Below the pieces are notes generated by a model. The model searched no databases and was not told where the DNA came from. It was given only the letters and a program-made list of their open reading frames with translations. Below, one piece after another: positions 27,459-40,643 of a DNA stretch of 50,104 bases. Location of the stretch: assembly GCA_044070495.1 (NCBI GenBank), contig JBIPSI010000036.1:1-50104 (forward strand). The letters run 5' to 3'. The stretch is from Spirulina sp. GTDB lineage: Bacteria > Cyanobacteriota > Cyanobacteriia > Phormidesmidales > Phormidesmidaceae. The first letter of the stretch is position 1. Every line of letters starts with the position of its first letter. Position numbers and translations under genes: made by a program.

Positions 27459-27869
27459 AGCATAGGTCGGCTTCCAGAACGGAAGACGGAAGCAGGACAG
27501 CCATCCTAGCCATAGACTCAGGGTTGCTGTGCGCTAAGCACCCACCTGTCCCCTGAAGCCCTAGCAAGCATCCATCTCTGTTCTATCTGAGTTCTGGGAG
27601 AACGGCCAGAGAGCGTCATAGGTCGTAATTCTTGACGGGTGCCAAGACTGGGACGGCGACGACTAGCTTAGGGAATGGAATCGCCCTAGGCTACTGGATC
27701 AATGGGGTTATCAGGAAGCTCCATACGGTTAGGATGCCCAATCCTAGGTTTCACCTATCGCCTGATTGAATCCGGATTCCATGCCCTATCTCTAGAGCAC
27801 GCCAAACCCTGGGGTTACAGTCGGGCCAGCGCTATGGGCGGTGGATTGCTGTCCCAATCACAACTCAAT

Positions 27870-27900
27870 AAAAAAACTTCCCCCCCAGGGAGGGGAAGTT
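27870..27900 (-). terminator. Intrinsic terminator of the rpo operon
   Basis: Minus strand AACTTCCCC...GGGGAAGTT followed by TTTT. Confidence 0.75.
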
Positions 27901-27976
27901 GTGGAAAATCAAGGATGGCCTGATGGTGAGGTGGCCACGTTAGCCACCTCATCGTTGGGGAGAGGGGTTTCCTCGT

Positions 27977-30900
27977 TTACAGGGCACCGGTTTGATCGTC
28001 AATTAAGAGATCATCATCATCGATGTTCATCCCTGGGAACTCATCCCCATCGTCTGCTAGAGAGGATGGACGGCGCAGGCCGCTATCTTCTAAGGAGGAG
28101 CCACCAATCATCTCATCATCGTCGGCTAGCATACTCAGGCTGCCCTCCATGTCGTAGGTGCGGGCGGTGCGGTCATCCAGCACCACATCCTGGAGATCAT
28201 CGTCAATGATGGCAGACTCATAGCCCGGATCGATCTCAGGGGCCGGAGCGTCTTCGTAGGCGTTGTAGCCCGTCCCCGCCGGGATCAGACGACCAATGAT
28301 GACGTTTTCCTTCAGGCCGCGCAGCCAGTCAGACTTGCCTTCGATGGCCGCTTCGGTAAGCACCCGAGTGGTCTCTTGGAAGCTGGCCGCAGAGATAAAG
28401 CTGTCGGTGTTGAGGGAGGCCTTAGTGATCCCCAGCAGCACCGGGGTGTACTGGGCCGGGGCACCGCCGGTAATCGACATGGCTTCGTTCACCTGCTCCA
28501 CCTGGTAGATTTCCACCAGTTCACCGGGCAGCATGGTGGTGTCGCCGCCATCATCGATGCGGCACTTGGAGGACATCTGCCGCACGATCACCTCCGTGTG
28601 TTTATCGGAGATATCAATCCCCTGGGACTGATACACCGACTGCACCTCGTTCACCAGGAAGCTCTGCACCTCTTGCAGGCTCATCAGAGCGGCATCGTGG
28701 ATGCCCTCGCCCCGGCTGAGGTGGTAATCAAAGAAGACCTCCAGGATTTCGTGGGGGTTGGCGGGGCCATCGGTGAGGTGGTCGGCGGCTTCCACCTGCT
28801 GACCGTCAGAAACGATCACATTCTGACCGGGGTTGATCGGATATTCCGACACCACTCCGTCATTTTCAATCACCTTCACCTCAACGGTTTCGTCGTCGCT
28901 GTAGACCACCTGGGCCGTACCAGGACGGCGGGCCAAAATACAGGCTTCCTTCGGCTTCCGGGCCTCCAGCAGTTCTTCAATCCGAGGGAGACCTTGGATG
29001 ATGTCCCCGGTTTTGGCCCGCTCAAACACCAGCAGCACCAGATTATCCCCCCGCTGCACCAGGTCACCATCCTCGATGTGTAGCACGGCCCCGGTAGACA
29101 CGCGGTAGGGGCGGGCCAGACGTAGGGTCAGCGTGTTGCCATTGATGCTGGCAACCTCCCCAGACTCACTGTGGCTAATACTGGGGGCAAGTTCCGTTTC
29201 CGCCACCGCCAGATCGCCCACCTGAACCGAGGGCGTTTGGCCACCGAGGTCAATCTGTACCTGGTCAGAGTCGCGCACCACGAGTAAGCGGCGCACGGCT
29301 TCCTGCCCTTCACGGATTCCGCGCACCACCCCGGATTCCTTACACTTGATTTCGGTGCGAGCCAGCACGGCACCGGGGGGAATCTGGTCGCCATCCTGCA
29401 CCAGCAGCGTAGTGATCGTGCTGCCCTGGGTTTGGTCTGCTACCACATCACGGCGGATCACCTGGGTTTCGAGCACCACCATTTGCAGACGGGTGACATC
29501 GGGATCCGTCTCATCGGGCACCAGTTCAATGTCGGCCACCACATGGGGAGACTCGTCTTCGATGTCGAGCACCAGTTGGGTACGCAGGAGCTCAACGCCA
29601 TCGACCACCTCAATGCGGTCGCCATCCTTGAAGGGCACCCGCTGCACCGCTCGCAGTTTGATGGAACTGCCCGCATCTGTAGCAGAACCCTGACTGGGCA
29701 CCGAGGGCTCGTTGGGGACGGTGTACTCTTCCACCGGACGCAGCAGAATCGCAGGCCCTTCAGGGGTTTCCACGTACTCTACGTAGCGCAGGGCATCGGA
29801 TACCAAACCGGGCATGATCTCTTCCCCAGCATTCACCAGGGTACGATCCCGCTCCATCACGTCTTCGGGGGCATCCACCATGTGCAGGTCGCCCGGTTTG
29901 ACGATGATCTTGCGGAGGATGTCGTTTTTCTGGGTGATTTCCACCACACCGCTGTTTTGGCAGAAGATGTCCTTCACCACTTCGGTGCCCGCTTCCAGGT
30001 ATTGACCATCCTCCACCATCAGCAGGGAGATGTCTTTATTGACCTCGTGGGTTTCTTCGGGAATCCACAGCAGGGTACCGCCCTGGACGACTTCATAGCC
30101 CTGCTTGCCCTTGCCTTTCTTAGCGACCTCTACTCCAGAAAACTTGACGATGCCGCCGGTTTGGGTCTTGAACTGGTCGTCTTCTAGCTCGGCAATCACC
30201 TGGCCGCTGGTCACTTTGGCCCCAGGGGTGGCAATCAACGAGAACCGCTGACCGTAGGAGGTTTCAATGAAATAATGCTCCCGACCTTGGCCCTGTTCCT
30301 TGCGCACCTGGGCCTGATCCAGCATTACCGAGGCGGTGATAATCTCCACTTCCCGGCTGCCCTTGTCGTCTTGGCTTTCGGGCAGACGCACGAAACCGCC
30401 GCGCTCGGTGGTCAGTTTGGTCGCCGCCAGGGTATCCCCGGCGCTGACGGCATCCCCGTTGCGCACCACGGGCTCGGCACCGGGCAGCAGGTTATACACA
30501 TCCCCCGACAGCACCCACAGCAGGCCACCACGCTGGGCTAAACGGGTAGTGTTGCCCTGGCGGTCAGTTTTTTCCTCCTGCACCAAGCCGTCAAACTTCA
30601 CTTCCCCGGCTAGGTCGGAGGTCACGTCCTTGGTGGCCTTTTCCGTCACCTTACGGGTGCGCCCTGCGGAGGGCAGTTCCGCCAAGAGTTGATCTTTCTT
30701 GACCGCATCGCCATCGTTCACAAACAGGATCGTCCCCTGGGGCAGGCGTTCCGTTTGGTTCTTGCCGCTCATTTCCACCACTAGGTCAGCGTCGGATTCC
30801 AACATCAGAGCCTCTTCGCCGTAGCGGGTACGGAAGCCACGACTCTTGAAGCGCTTGGCTAGGCGCACGGTACCGTCCTTGTTGGCGTTGATGCGAGGAG

Positions 30901-31966
30901 CCACTTCCCCAGTAAAGGTGCCGCCCGTGTGGAAGGTTCGCATGGTCATCTGGGTACCGGGCTCACCAATAGACTGGGCAGCAATGATGCCCACCGCTTC
31001 GCCTAGGTCTACCATGTCGGAATGGGCCAGACTCCAGCCATAGCAGAGCCGACAAACCGAGCGGGTGGCATCACAGGTGAGGGGAGATCGCACCTTCACC
31101 TCTTCCACGCCAGCCTTCACAATTTCGGTCGCCTTCTCGGGGGAAACCGGTTCATTCTTGGCGAGAACCACCTCGCCCGTTTCGGGGTTGACCACATCCT
31201 CGGCGACCACTCGGCCCAGCAGACGGCTTTCCAGGGGAATCAGTACCCGCTCCCCGTCGGTCATGCTGCGCAGAGGGATGCTGCGCTCAGTGCCGCAGTC
31301 GTGCTCCCGAATAATCACATCCTGGGACACGTCCACCAGACGCCGAGTGAGATATCCAGAGTCCGCCGTCCGCAGCGCCGTATCCACTAGACCTTTCCGT
31401 GCCCCGTAGGAGGAAATCACGTACTCGGTTACGGTCAAACCCTCCCGGAAGTTGGTTTTAATCGGAAGGTCAATGATTTCCCCTTGAGGATTGGCCATCA
31501 GACCGCGCATTCCTACGAGCTGACGCACCTGGGAGATATTCCCCCTTGCCCCAGAGAAGGCCATCATGTAAACCGAGTTGAGGGGGTTGTTCTTTTTGAA
31601 GTTCTCAACCACCTGATCCTTCAGCTTTTCACTGGTATCGTTCCAGGTGTCAATCACCTTGGTCAGACGCTCTACCTCAGTAATTTCTCCTCGGATGTAG
31701 CGCTCTTCAGTGGCGTTGATGTCCTCCTCAGCGGCGGCCAAAAGCTGGCGCTTTTCCTCAGGGACTTGCAAATCTTCCACGCTGATGGAGACCCCAGCCC
31801 GAGTGGCATACTTAAAGCCCAGATCCTTAATCCGGTCGGCCATTTGAGAGGTGCGGGCCGTACCGTAGTGGGTAAACGACCAGGAGATCAGCTTCTTAAG
31901 CTGCTTTTTGTCAATGATACGGTTCCGAAAAACCAGCGAGGATTGAGTTGCCCCTTGCTCAGCCAT
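27977..31966 (-). CDS. rpoC2: RNA polymerase beta' subunit (C-terminal part, with the large SI3 insertion)
   Basis: [50 protein letters not shown] and GLKENVI. Confidence 0.98.
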   Translation of the reverse strand: MAEQGATQSSLVFRNRIIDKKQLKKLISWSFTHYGTARTSQMADRIKDLGFKYATRAGVSISVEDLQVPEEKRQLLAAAEEDINATEERYIRGEITEVERLTKVIDTWNDTSEKLKDQVVENFKKNNPLNSVYMMAFSGARGNISQVRQLVGMRGLMANPQGEIIDLPIKTNFREGLTVTEYVISSYGARKGLVDTALRTADSGYLTRRLVDVSQDVIIREHDCGTERSIPLRSMTDGERVLIPLESRLLGRVVAEDVVNPETGEVVLAKNEPVSPEKATEIVKAGVEEVKVRSPLTCDATRSVCRLCYGWSLAHSDMVDLGEAVGIIAAQSIGEPGTQMTMRTFHTGGTFTGEVAPRINANKDGTVRLAKRFKSRGFRTRYGEEALMLESDADLVVEMSGKNQTERLPQGTILFVNDGDAVKKDQLLAELPSAGRTRKVTEKATKDVTSDLAGEVKFDGLVQEEKTDRQGNTTRLAQRGGLLWVLSGDVYNLLPGAEPVVRNGDAVSAGDTLAATKLTTERGGFVRLPESQDDKGSREVEIITASVMLDQAQVRKEQGQGREHYFIETSYGQRFSLIATPGAKVTSGQVIAELEDDQFKTQTGGIVKFSGVEVAKKGKGKQGYEVVQGGTLLWIPEETHEVNKDISLLMVEDGQYLEAGTEVVKDIFCQNSGVVEITQKNDILRKIIVKPGDLHMVDAPEDVMERDRTLVNAGEEIMPGLVSDALRYVEYVETPEGPAILLRPVEEYTVPNEPSVPSQGSATDAGSSIKLRAVQRVPFKDGDRIEVVDGVELLRTQLVLDIEDESPHVVADIELVPDETDPDVTRLQMVVLETQVIRRDVVADQTQGSTITTLLVQDGDQIPPGAVLARTEIKCKESGVVRGIREGQEAVRRLLVVRDSDQVQIDLGGQTPSVQVGDLAVAETELAPSISHSESGEVASINGNTLTLRLARPYRVSTGAVLHIEDGDLVQRGDNLVLLVFERAKTGDIIQGLPRIEELLEARKPKEACILARRPGTAQVVYSDDETVEVKVIENDGVVSEYPINPGQNVIVSDGQQVEAADHLTDGPANPHEILEVFFDYHLSRGEGIHDAALMSLQEVQSFLVNEVQSVYQSQGIDISDKHTEVIVRQMSSKCRIDDGGDTTMLPGELVEIYQVEQVNEAMSITGGAPAQYTPVLLGITKASLNTDSFISAASFQETTRVLTEAAIEGKSDWLRGLKENVIIGRLIPAGTGYNAYEDAPAPEIDPGYESAIIDDDLQDVVLDDRTARTYDMEGSLSMLADDDEMIGGSSLEDSGLRRPSSLADDGDEFPGMNIDDDDLLIDDQTGAL

Positions 31967-32048
31967 GTTGTTTCTGCCCCTCGTGCGTTGTACTGATGTC
32001 TTTACCGATTAACCTGTCCTCCAGGCCTGTCGTTGCCTGGGGAAAATC

Positions 32049-33917
32049 CTAGCTGGCGATGGCCTCTAGGACGGCTTTGTTGTAGATAATTCGGCCCGTG
32101 GTGGTTTTGATGTACTGGGAAATGATGTTGCCGTCTTGGTCAAGGCGGATGCGGCGATCAGAATAGACCCGCGTGGTAATGCCACCGGCTTCCTCTTCTT
32201 TTTCCAGCACCTCCGGCTGATCCGATTCCACTGGCCCGTCATAGCGCAGCCACACCCTGGCATGGAGATCTACCAAGCCCTGCTCGAAGGCCATGACAGC
32301 GTCTGCCATGCTGGCAAAGTAGCGCCCTTCGCCCTTGGTTGCCCCGGGGTTGTCCGCCGTCAGGTAGTAGCAACCCAGCACCATGTCCTGGGAGGGGGTA
32401 ATGATCGGCTGCCCCGTGGCCGGAGACAGGACGTTGTTGGAGGCCAACATCAGCAACCGCGCCTCGGCCTGGGCTTCCAGGGACAGAGGCACGTGGACGG
32501 CCATCTGGTCACCGTCAAAGTCGGCGTTGAAGGCAGGACAGACCAGGGGATGAAGCTGAATGGCGCGGCCCTCTACCAGGATCGGCTCGAAGGCCTGAAT
32601 CCCTAGGCGGTGAAGGGTCGGTGCCCGGTTCAGCATGACGGGGTGGCTTTCAATCACCTCCTCTAACACTTCCCACACGTTGGGATCGTTGTGCTGGATC
32701 ATCTTTTTCGCGGCCTTGATGTTGTTCACCAAACCCTGACGAATCAGGCGGTGGATGACAAAGGGCTGGAACAGCTCAATGGCCATTTCTCGAGGCAGAC
32801 CGCATTGGTGGATTTGCAGCTTCGGCCCCACCACGATGACGGAACGACCGGAGTAGTCCACCCGTTTCCCCAGCAGGTTTTGGCGGAAGCGGCCCTGTTT
32901 CCCTTCAATGATGTCCGACAGGGACTTGAGGGGACGGTTGTTGGCCCCCACCACGGTGCGACCTCGGCGACCGTTATCGATCAAGGCATCTACGGCCTCC
33001 TGCAGCATCCGCTTTTCGTTACGGACGATGATTTCGGGAGCCAGGATTTCCTGCAAACGAGCCAGACGGTTGTTGCGGTTGATCACCCGCCGATAGAGAT
33101 CGTTGAGGTCGGAGGTGGCAAAGCGGCCCCCGTCCAACTGCACCATGGGGCGCAGGTCGGGGGGAATGACGGGAATCACATCCAGCACCATCCACTCGGT
33201 TTTGGATCCGGTGGCAATGAAGTTATCGATCACCCGCAGTCGCTTGATCAGCTTGGCCCGCTTTTGACCCTTGGAGTTAGCGATTTCCTCCCGCAGTTTT
33301 TCCGCCACGGTTTCCAGCTCTAGATCTTGCAGCAAACGCTGAAGGGCTTCGGCCCCAATGCCGACCTCAACCCCGGAGAGCTCGGTCTCTTCGTCGTAGA
33401 GTTGGTCTTCGATTTCGATCCACTGATCTTCTGTCAGCAGTTGCTTATAGCTGAGGTTCTCGGCATTACCGGGATCCAACACCACGTAGGCATTGAAGTA
33501 AACAATCTGCTCCACGTCCCGCAGGGGCATATCGAGCAGAATGGCGATGTAGCTGGGGATGCCCTTCAGGTACCAAACGTGGGCCACCGGAGCCGCCAGT
33601 TTGATGTAGCCCATGCGGTGCCGCCGCACCCGCGATTCGGTGACTTCCACACCGCAGCGCTCGCAGACAATACCCCGGTGGCGCACCCGCTTGTATTTGC
33701 CGCAGTGGCATTCCCAGTCCTTGGCGGGGCCAAAAATCCGCTCGCAAAAGAGCCCATCCATCTCCGGCTTTAGCGTTCGGTAGTTGATGGTTTCCGGCTT
33801 GGTGACTTCGCCCACCACTTGGCCGTTGGGCAGGGTGCGTTCTCCCCACTGGCGAATGCGTTCCGGGGATGCCAATCCAATTTTGACGTAGTCAAACCGC
33901 TGTTCTAGCTTGGCCAT
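32049..33917 (-). CDS. rpoC1: RNA polymerase gamma subunit
   Basis: NADFDGD catalytic motif, Zn-finger Cys residues and [14 protein letters not shown]; start MAKLEQ. Confidence 0.98.
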   Translation of the reverse strand: MAKLEQRFDYVKIGLASPERIRQWGERTLPNGQVVGEVTKPETINYRTLKPEMDGLFCERIFGPAKDWECHCGKYKRVRHRGIVCERCGVEVTESRVRRHRMGYIKLAAPVAHVWYLKGIPSYIAILLDMPLRDVEQIVYFNAYVVLDPGNAENLSYKQLLTEDQWIEIEDQLYDEETELSGVEVGIGAEALQRLLQDLELETVAEKLREEIANSKGQKRAKLIKRLRVIDNFIATGSKTEWMVLDVIPVIPPDLRPMVQLDGGRFATSDLNDLYRRVINRNNRLARLQEILAPEIIVRNEKRMLQEAVDALIDNGRRGRTVVGANNRPLKSLSDIIEGKQGRFRQNLLGKRVDYSGRSVIVVGPKLQIHQCGLPREMAIELFQPFVIHRLIRQGLVNNIKAAKKMIQHNDPNVWEVLEEVIESHPVMLNRAPTLHRLGIQAFEPILVEGRAIQLHPLVCPAFNADFDGDQMAVHVPLSLEAQAEARLLMLASNNVLSPATGQPIITPSQDMVLGCYYLTADNPGATKGEGRYFASMADAVMAFEQGLVDLHARVWLRYDGPVESDQPEVLEKEEEAGGITTRVYSDRRIRLDQDGNIISQYIKTTTGRIIYNKAVLEAIAS

Positions 33918-34008
33918 GCTGGGTGTTTTCCTTGTAAGCGCGCTCAATCGAATGGAAAGCCGTGATCTGGAAAGATCCGTGTCGGTTCAAAAAGCTGGGG
34001 AATGGGGG

Positions 34009-34037
34009 TTCCGGGGTAAGGACAAGCTACCCCGGAA
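34009..34037. other. Stem-loop in the rpoB-rpoC1 spacer
   Basis: 10-bp arms TTCCGGGGTA / TACCCCGGAA. Confidence 0.6.
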
Positions 34038-34059
34038 GGGTTCGTCGTAGACGTGGCCC

Positions 34060-37000
34060 CTAGTCCTCAATGTCCTCGCTGTCGTCGCGGGCAATGGATT
34101 CGTAGGTGGGCCGAGAGGGGGCTCGGCGGCTGTTGACATCGGCCATCAGGTCTACTTCAATGTCGCGACTGGTGCCGTCTTCCTTGGTTTCCACCTTGTG
34201 AACGGCGATGTCGAGACAGAGGGATTGCAACTCCCGCATCAACACCTTGAAGGACTCAGGCGTACCGGGACGAGGAATCGACTTGCCCTTGACGATGGCG
34301 TTGAGGGCTTCGTTACGGCCCTGCATATCGTCGGACTTCACCGTCAGCAATTCCTGGAGGGTATAGGCGGCCCCAAAGGCTTCTAGCGCCCACACTTCCA
34401 TTTCCCCGAAGCGCTGGCCACCCTGTTGAGCCTTACCGCCGAGGGGCTGCTGGGTCACCAGGGAGTAGGGCCCCGTGGAGCGGGCGTGGATCTTGTCATC
34501 GACGAGGTGCACCAGCTTCAGCATGTAGGCTTTCCCGACGGTGATAGCCTTGTCGAAGGGTTCCCCGGTACGGCCATCCCGCAGGGTGATCTTGCCGGGA
34601 TCGTCGGGGTTGTAGACCCAATCCTTCCCAGTGGTTTCCCTGGCCTCCATCAGCTTGCCGTGGGTGGAGTTGCGGGAGGCTTCTTCCCCGTACATTTCGT
34701 CGAAGGGGATCACCTTAAAGCGGGCGTCCAGATTTTCCGCCGCCCAGCCCAGTAGGCACTCAAACACTTGGCCCACGTTCATCCGGGAAGGCACACCCAG
34801 GGGGTTGAGGGCAATGTCGATGGGGGTGCCGTCGGGCAGATAGGGCATGTCCTCAATGGGCAGAATGCGGGAAATAATTCCCTTGTTGCCGTGGCGTCCG
34901 GCCATCTTGTCGCCCACCTGGATTTTGCGCTTTTGGGCCACGTAGACCCGCACCACCATGTTGGCACCGGGGGGCAGTTCGTCGCCCTGCTCGCGAGTGA
35001 ACACCCGCACATCGACCACGCGGCCCTTTTCGCCGTTGGGCACCCGCAGGGAGTTATCCCGCACGTCCCGCGCCTTTTCGCCGAAGATGGCCCGCAGCAG
35101 CTTCTCTTCCGGCGGCTGGTCGGATTCACCCTTGGGCGTCACCTTACCCACCAGAATGTCGCCAGATTCCACCCAGGCCCCAATGCGGATAATCCCGGTT
35201 TCGTCCAGTTGCCGCAGGGCATCTTCCCCCACGTTAGGGATTTCGCGGGTGATTTCCTCAGGCCCTAGCTTGGTTTGCCGCGCCTCAATCTCGAACTTCT
35301 CGACGTGGATGGAGGTGTAGACGTCGTCGTAGACCATCCGCTCACTGAGCAGGATGGCGTCCTCGTAGTTGTAGCCTTCCCAGGGCATGTAGGCCACCAG
35401 GATGTTTTGCCCCAGGGCCAACTCACCGCCTTCGGTGGCAGAACCATCAGCCAGCACCTGCCCCGACTGCACCTTCTCCCCAGGGAATACAATGGGGCGC
35501 TGGTTCAAACAGGTGTCTTGGTTAGAACGCTGGTACTTTTGCAACTCGTAGGCGTGGATGTTGCCTTCGGGATCCTTCACCTTAATCAGGTCGGCATCCA
35601 GGTAGACCACCTCGCCATCGGTGCGGCTGATGATCACCATCCCAGAGTCGCGGGCGGCCTGGGCTTCGAGGCCCGTACCCACCAGGGGCCGCTCCGGCTG
35701 CAACAGGGGCACCGCCTGCCGCTGCATGTTGGAACCCATCAGGGCACGGTTGGCGTCGTCGTGTTCCAGGAAGGGAATCAGCGAGGTAGCTACGGAGATA
35801 ATCTGCACCGGGGACACCGCCACATAGTCCACCTCCGTCGAGGCGGTGGTGGTGAAGTCTTGCCGATAGCGCACGGGCACCGTATCGCCAATGATGTAGC
35901 CCTCTTCGTCGGTAGCAATATCGCCCGGAGCCACCCGTAGGTCGTCCTCTTCGTCGGCGGTCATGTAGACCGGGGAAATATCCTTCCGCACCCGGCCATT
36001 TTCCGCCCTGAAGAAGGGGGTTTCGATGAAGCCGAAGTCGTTAACGCGGGCGTGGGTGGCCAGGGAGCCAATCAACCCGGCATTGGGGCCTTCCGGCGTT
36101 TCGATGGGGCAAATCCGCCCGTAGTGGGAGGGGTGAATATCGCGCACCGCAAAGCCCGCTCGCTCGCGGGTAAGGCCACCGGGGCCAAGGGCGCTAATTC
36201 GCCGCTTGTGGGTCAACTCCGCCAGGGGGTTGGTTTGATCCATGAACTGGGAAAGCTGGCTGGAACCGAAGAACTCCTTAATTGCCGCCACCAGGGGCTT
36301 GGGGTTCACCAAGGAGGCCGGAGTGAGGGAGTCGGCATCGGACACGGTCATCCGTTCCCGAATAATCCGCTCTAGGCGATTAAGGCCCACCCGCACCTGG
36401 TTTTGCAGCAGTTCGCCCACGGAGCGCACCCGGCGGTTGCCGAGGTGGTCGATGTCGTCGATGCTACCGATGTCGAATTCCAGGTTGATCAGGTAGTCGA
36501 TGGCGGTGAGAATGTCCGTGGGAGTCAGTACGCGGGTGGTGTCAGGCACGTTCAGCCGCAGTTTGCGGTTTAGCTTGTAGCGGCCTACCCGCCCCAGGTC
36601 GTAGCGCTTGGGATCGTGGAAACGGGAAAAGAGCAACTGCTCGCCCCCAGCCACCGTGGGCGGTTCACCGGGACGCAGCTTGCGGTACAGCTCCAGCAGG
36701 GCTTCCTCTTCGCTGAACTGCCCTTCTTTTTCGATAGTTTTTTGGAAATATTCCGGGTTGCGCAGCGAGTCAAAAATCTCGTTGTCGCTTAGCCCCAGGG
36801 CCTTCAGTAACACCTGGGCCGACAGCTTGCGGGTTTTGTCAATCCGCACCCACACCAAGTCATTCTTGTCGGTCTCGAACTTCAGCCAAGCGCCCCGGTT
36901 GGGAATCAGGTTGGCGTTGTAAGTACGGCGACCGTTTTTGTCGGTTTCTGATTTATAGTACACCCCAGGACTACGGACGATCTGGTTGACGATCACCCGC

Positions 37001-37362
37001 TCGGCCCCGTTGATGATAAAGGTTCCCCGGTCGGTCATCAGCGGCAGGTCGCCAATGAATACCTCTTGCTCCTTGATCTCCCCGGTTTCTTTGTTGATCA
37101 GCCGGGTGGGCACATACATCTGCACCGAGTAGGTGGCGTCCCGCCGCTTGGCCTCGTCTACGTCATACTTGGGGCTTTTGAGCTTATACTGCTTACCCAA
37201 GAAGTGCAGCTCTAACTTGCCGGTGTAGTCGGTAATCGGGGAGAAACTTTCCAACTCCTCGATCAACCCTTCCTCTAAGAACCAGCGGAAACTGGATCGC
37301 TGGATTTCCACAAGGTCGGGTAGAACAAAGTTGGGCGTGGTGTAGGTGATAGGTTCAGTCAT
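34060..37362 (-). CDS. rpoB: RNA polymerase beta subunit
   Basis: [21 protein letters not shown] and GGQRFGEME. Confidence 0.99.
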   Translation of the reverse strand: MTEPITYTTPNFVLPDLVEIQRSSFRWFLEEGLIEELESFSPITDYTGKLELHFLGKQYKLKSPKYDVDEAKRRDATYSVQMYVPTRLINKETGEIKEQEVFIGDLPLMTDRGTFIINGAERVIVNQIVRSPGVYYKSETDKNGRRTYNANLIPNRGAWLKFETDKNDLVWVRIDKTRKLSAQVLLKALGLSDNEIFDSLRNPEYFQKTIEKEGQFSEEEALLELYRKLRPGEPPTVAGGEQLLFSRFHDPKRYDLGRVGRYKLNRKLRLNVPDTTRVLTPTDILTAIDYLINLEFDIGSIDDIDHLGNRRVRSVGELLQNQVRVGLNRLERIIRERMTVSDADSLTPASLVNPKPLVAAIKEFFGSSQLSQFMDQTNPLAELTHKRRISALGPGGLTRERAGFAVRDIHPSHYGRICPIETPEGPNAGLIGSLATHARVNDFGFIETPFFRAENGRVRKDISPVYMTADEEDDLRVAPGDIATDEEGYIIGDTVPVRYRQDFTTTASTEVDYVAVSPVQIISVATSLIPFLEHDDANRALMGSNMQRQAVPLLQPERPLVGTGLEAQAARDSGMVIISRTDGEVVYLDADLIKVKDPEGNIHAYELQKYQRSNQDTCLNQRPIVFPGEKVQSGQVLADGSATEGGELALGQNILVAYMPWEGYNYEDAILLSERMVYDDVYTSIHVEKFEIEARQTKLGPEEITREIPNVGEDALRQLDETGIIRIGAWVESGDILVGKVTPKGESDQPPEEKLLRAIFGEKARDVRDNSLRVPNGEKGRVVDVRVFTREQGDELPPGANMVVRVYVAQKRKIQVGDKMAGRHGNKGIISRILPIEDMPYLPDGTPIDIALNPLGVPSRMNVGQVFECLLGWAAENLDARFKVIPFDEMYGEEASRNSTHGKLMEARETTGKDWVYNPDDPGKITLRDGRTGEPFDKAITVGKAYMLKLVHLVDDKIHARSTGPYSLVTQQPLGGKAQQGGQRFGEMEVWALEAFGAAYTLQELLTVKSDDMQGRNEALNAIVKGKSIPRPGTPESFKVLMRELQSLCLDIAVHKVETKEDGTSRDIEVDLMADVNSRRAPSRPTYESIARDDSEDIED

Positions 37363-37426
37363 GGGTTTCCTAAAGCGAGTCAGGCCCTGGCCTGTGTGGC
37401 CGTTGATTTAGACGAAATCATCCAAA

Positions 37427-37463
37427 CAAAAAGGTCAGTTAGTCAGCGTAATGACTAACCGAT
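37427..37463 (-). terminator. Terminator-like hairpin between tatD and rpoB
   Basis: Minus strand GTTAGTCA-ttacgc-TGACTAAC, then TGACCTTTTTGTTT. Confidence 0.5.
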
Positions 37464-37591
37464 GGCGGTGCACAGAATAATCGGCATGGTCATAGTGGGG
37501 GCAGGATAGATAGCTAACCTCAGCACAGAAAAACCTTAAAACAACAAACCCCTAAACAGACGGCAATCCGCACGCCTTCCTTGGGACGTGA

Positions 37592-38416
37592 TTACCCGGT
37601 AGCTATGGGCGTCCAGGGATCAATTGAGGGGATGGGATCAGGCCACTGAAAGAGATCCCAGGCATTGCGTGTGGTCACCTCAGCCAAGGTCTGAAAATCC
37701 ACACAGCGAAGATCCGCCAGGTAGTGGGCCACATGGCGGACAAAAGCTGGTTGATTGCGCCGCTCCTTACGCATGGGTTCGGGGGAGAGGAAAGGACAGT
37801 CAGTTTCGACCAACAACCGATTCTCCGGAACAATTTGGGCAGAGGCTTTAACCTGGTGAGCATTCTTGAAGGTGACAATGCCGCTGAAGCTAATGTAAAA
37901 CCCCAGATCTAGAAACCACCGGGTTTCCTCTGGTGTTCCGGCCCAGCAATGCATCACGCCACCCACAGGCCCCACCGTTCGATGAAACTCCTCGATAAGT
38001 TGGGCCGTTGCCGGAGCTGCATCCCGGCAGTGAATGATGACCGGAAGAGATAGCCGAGAAGCCATGGCCAAGTGCTCCCAGAAAGCTTGGCGCTGAATTT
38101 CAGCGTTGTCTGCCTTGAAAAAGTCAAGACCAGTTTCTCCAATAGCCACCACTCGCTGATCAGTTTGGGCCATTTGGGCAATCTCTACGGCCAAGGAATC
38201 TCGCCACTGATCGACATCCAGGGGATGAAGCCCCACGGCTAAAGACACCTCCGGAAACCGATCCGCGATGGCCTGCATCGCGGCAAAGTCTCCAGGTTCG
38301 ACGCAGGAATGCACCATACGCACAACCCCAGCTTCTCGCCAGGCTCGGGCTAGAACGTCTAGATCCTCAGCAAATGTATCGAAGTTGAGGTGTACGTGGG
38401 TGTCAACCAGCGGCAT
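37592..38416 (-). CDS. tatD: TatD family DNase
   Basis: [20 protein letters not shown] and LVETDCPFL; typical rpsT-tatD-rpoB synteny. Confidence 0.93.
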   Translation of the reverse strand: MPLVDTHVHLNFDTFAEDLDVLARAWREAGVVRMVHSCVEPGDFAAMQAIADRFPEVSLAVGLHPLDVDQWRDSLAVEIAQMAQTDQRVVAIGETGLDFFKADNAEIQRQAFWEHLAMASRLSLPVIIHCRDAAPATAQLIEEFHRTVGPVGGVMHCWAGTPEETRWFLDLGFYISFSGIVTFKNAHQVKASAQIVPENRLLVETDCPFLSPEPMRKERRNQPAFVRHVAHYLADLRCVDFQTLAEVTTRNAWDLFQWPDPIPSIDPWTPIATG

Positions 38417-38470
38417 AGTGGGTGCGGCAGCAACGTAGAAAACAGGGGCGATAGTTAACCCAAACCGTTT

Positions 38471-38779
38471 CTAGGAGGCTGCCTCAACCCCTTGGCCGTC
38501 CTTAGCCTTAATGGCTCGGGCAAGGGTGGATTTTTTGCGTGCCCCGGTATTTGGGTGCAACACGCCACGCTTAACGGCCTTATCGATTTTGCTGTAAGTC
38601 ACCGCCAGCTTAGCCTGGGCATCCGCCAGGTTAGCTGGAGAGGGGTCGGCCTGGTATGCTTCAGCCGCCGCTAAATAGGTTTTGCTGAGTGTTTTAACCG
38701 CCGATTTGTAAGAACGATTACGGAGCCGATTCCGCTCGGCAACTTCAATGCGCTTGAGCGCAGACTTAATGTTTGCCAC
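38471..38779 (-). CDS. rpsT: 30S ribosomal protein S20
   Basis: ANIKSALKR...[23 protein letters not shown] start. Confidence 0.97.
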   Translation of the reverse strand: MANIKSALKRIEVAERNRLRNRSYKSAVKTLSKTYLAAAEAYQADPSPANLADAQAKLAVTYSKIDKAVKRGVLHPNTGARKKSTLARAIKAKDGQGVEAAS

Positions 38780-39066
38780 AGTATGCCCTAGCTTAACAAG
38801 AATTACACTTGATCTGGATATAACATCTTAGCACCAGATGTTGCTGTTAGGTATATCAATGTTGAAGGATTTTTGAGCAAGGGGGATTAAAAAAGTCTGA
38901 GGAAGGGGAATGGGGCGATGGGTTTGGCTCCAAGTTCGCTTAGAAATCGACTATCCTGTATAGAACACGACTACCTACCTATGGTCAGTATACAAGGACT
39001 GCTGTTTAGAGTCCTGGGCCACGGGTTCGTGTTTTCCGCCGAATCTATCCGAACCACTTCGCCGTA

Positions 39067-40356
39067 ATGCTGCGCATCACTCATCAGCTCACTGAGGCTA
39101 GGGCCGAGCTACAGCGTATCTGTGCCCGTACCCACGACGATCAGGTTGTTCACAAAGAGGCGACCGTTCGCGAGATTTTGCATGCGGTTAAGCGTCAGGG
39201 TGATCAGGCCTTGGTGCAGTACACCCAGGATTTTGACCGGGTTTCCCTTGCTCCTGAAGAGTTGCGCGTGACGGGGGCGGAACTGGACGCAGCCTACCAG
39301 CAGGTGAGTAAGCCCCTTTTGGATGCATTGCGAGTGGCCTGCCGTAACGTTGAAGCCTTCCATCGCCAGCGTCTACCGAAAAGCTGGGTACAGTTTGAAG
39401 ACAATGGAGTTGTTCTGGGCAAGCGCTACACGCCGGTGGATCGGGCAGGCATTTATATTCCTGGCGGGCGGGCAGCCTACCCTAGTACTGTTTTGATGAA
39501 CGCGATTCCAGCCAAGGTGGCAGGGGTGTCAAGGATCGTCATGGTGACGCCCCCCGGCCCCGATAAGGCGATCACCCCGGCGGTGCTGGTGGCGGCTCAA
39601 GAGGCGGGGATTGACGAGATTTACCGAGTCGGGGGTGCTCAGGCTATTGGTGGGCTAGCCTACGGTACCGAGAGCATTCCAGCGGTGGATGTGATCACTG
39701 GCCCTGGCAACATCTACGTTACCTTGGCCAAGAAGCTGGTCTTTGGCACCGTGGGGATTGACTCCCTAGCGGGGCCTTCGGAGGTGTTGGTGATTGCCGA
39801 TAGCACGGCCAATGCCGACCATGTGGCTACGGATATGCTGGCCCAGGCGGAGCATGATCCCCTGGCGGCCTCGATTTTGATCACCACTAGTGCGCCCCTG
39901 GCGGAGTCGGTAGCGGCATCGGTGGCTCGCCAGTTGACTGACCATCCACGCCAGACCCTGACCGAAAAATCCATTGCCAACTATGGCCTCGCCGTGGTGG
40001 TAGAAACCCTAGAACAGGCGGCAGACCTCTCTAACCAGTTTGCCCCAGAGCATTTGCAGCTTGAGGTTGAGGATCCTTGGGCGCTACTAGACTACATTCG
40101 CCATGCGGGAGCGATTTTCCTGGGCCATTCCACCCCTGAAGCCATTGGCGACTACCTGGCGGGGCCAAACCACACCCTGCCTACCTCTGGCGCGGCCCGC
40201 TATGCTTCTCCTCTCTCCACGGAGACCTTTATGAAGCATTCCAGCCTGATTCAGTACACCCCCAGGGCGCTTCAGGAGGTTTCTGAGGCCATTGCCGTGC
40301 TGACCGAAGCTGAGGGACTGCCCTCCCATGGCCAGTCGGTGACGGATCGGCTGTAG
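39067..40356 (+). CDS. hisD: Histidinol dehydrogenase
   Basis: GPGNIYV, IDSLAGPSE, AQAEHD, APEHL and GPNHTLPT. Confidence 0.97.
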   Translation: MLRITHQLTEARAELQRICARTHDDQVVHKEATVREILHAVKRQGDQALVQYTQDFDRVSLAPEELRVTGAELDAAYQQVSKPLLDALRVACRNVEAFHRQRLPKSWVQFEDNGVVLGKRYTPVDRAGIYIPGGRAAYPSTVLMNAIPAKVAGVSRIVMVTPPGPDKAITPAVLVAAQEAGIDEIYRVGGAQAIGGLAYGTESIPAVDVITGPGNIYVTLAKKLVFGTVGIDSLAGPSEVLVIADSTANADHVATDMLAQAEHDPLAASILITTSAPLAESVAASVARQLTDHPRQTLTEKSIANYGLAVVVETLEQAADLSNQFAPEHLQLEVEDPWALLDYIRHAGAIFLGHSTPEAIGDYLAGPNHTLPTSGAARYASPLSTETFMKHSSLIQYTPRALQEVSEAIAVLTEAEGLPSHGQSVTDRL

Positions 40357-40643
40357 CGTGAAGCTAGGCGCAAGGGTTAAACGGACTAGGAGACCTTGCC
40401 CCCACGGTTTGACGACGGGTTGGGGATCGGTGGTATCTACCTCGGATTTGCTCCAAAACTAGAGTTTTATCCTTGGGGATATCGCGCTAGCGCCATGGAC
40501 GATTGATATGCGGTCTAGCTCAACCCCTGCGGTTATTCAAACTGTCCGGTTATTGCGTTTGGTTTCTGAAAAATAGGAACAGAGTCCCGTTGTGTGGATT
40601 CGGTGCCCTTGTGCGCCCATTTCAGGCGTTCTCCATTGCGATT

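Noticed and set aside
27459..27860. Long intergenic region upstream of the GGDEF-EAL gene as a riboswitch (c-di-GMP, or glnA-like GACGGAAG at ~27485)
   Set aside because: The other required conserved elements were not found, and the partial match is on the wrong strand. An Rfam/Infernal scan would be decisive.
27922..27956. Second hairpin after rpoC2 that pairs better on the + strand
   Set aside because: The 9-bp core works on either strand and there is no independent evidence for an antisense RNA. It is probably a 3' stabilising stem.
29000..30900. Large insertion in RpoC2 as a possible intein
   Set aside because: This is the normal cyanobacterial SI3 insertion in the trigger loop; no intein terminal motifs are present.
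28296..36922. Many long + strand ORFs (up to 251 aa) opposite the rpo genes
   Set aside because: These are antisense shadows caused by codon bias, with no recognisable motifs.
40357..40643. Possible c-di-AMP (ydaO) riboswitch ahead of the peptidoglycan-binding gene
   Set aside because: The conserved GCTGAA / GGAACGG / CCCGTCAGCTAAC elements were not seen.
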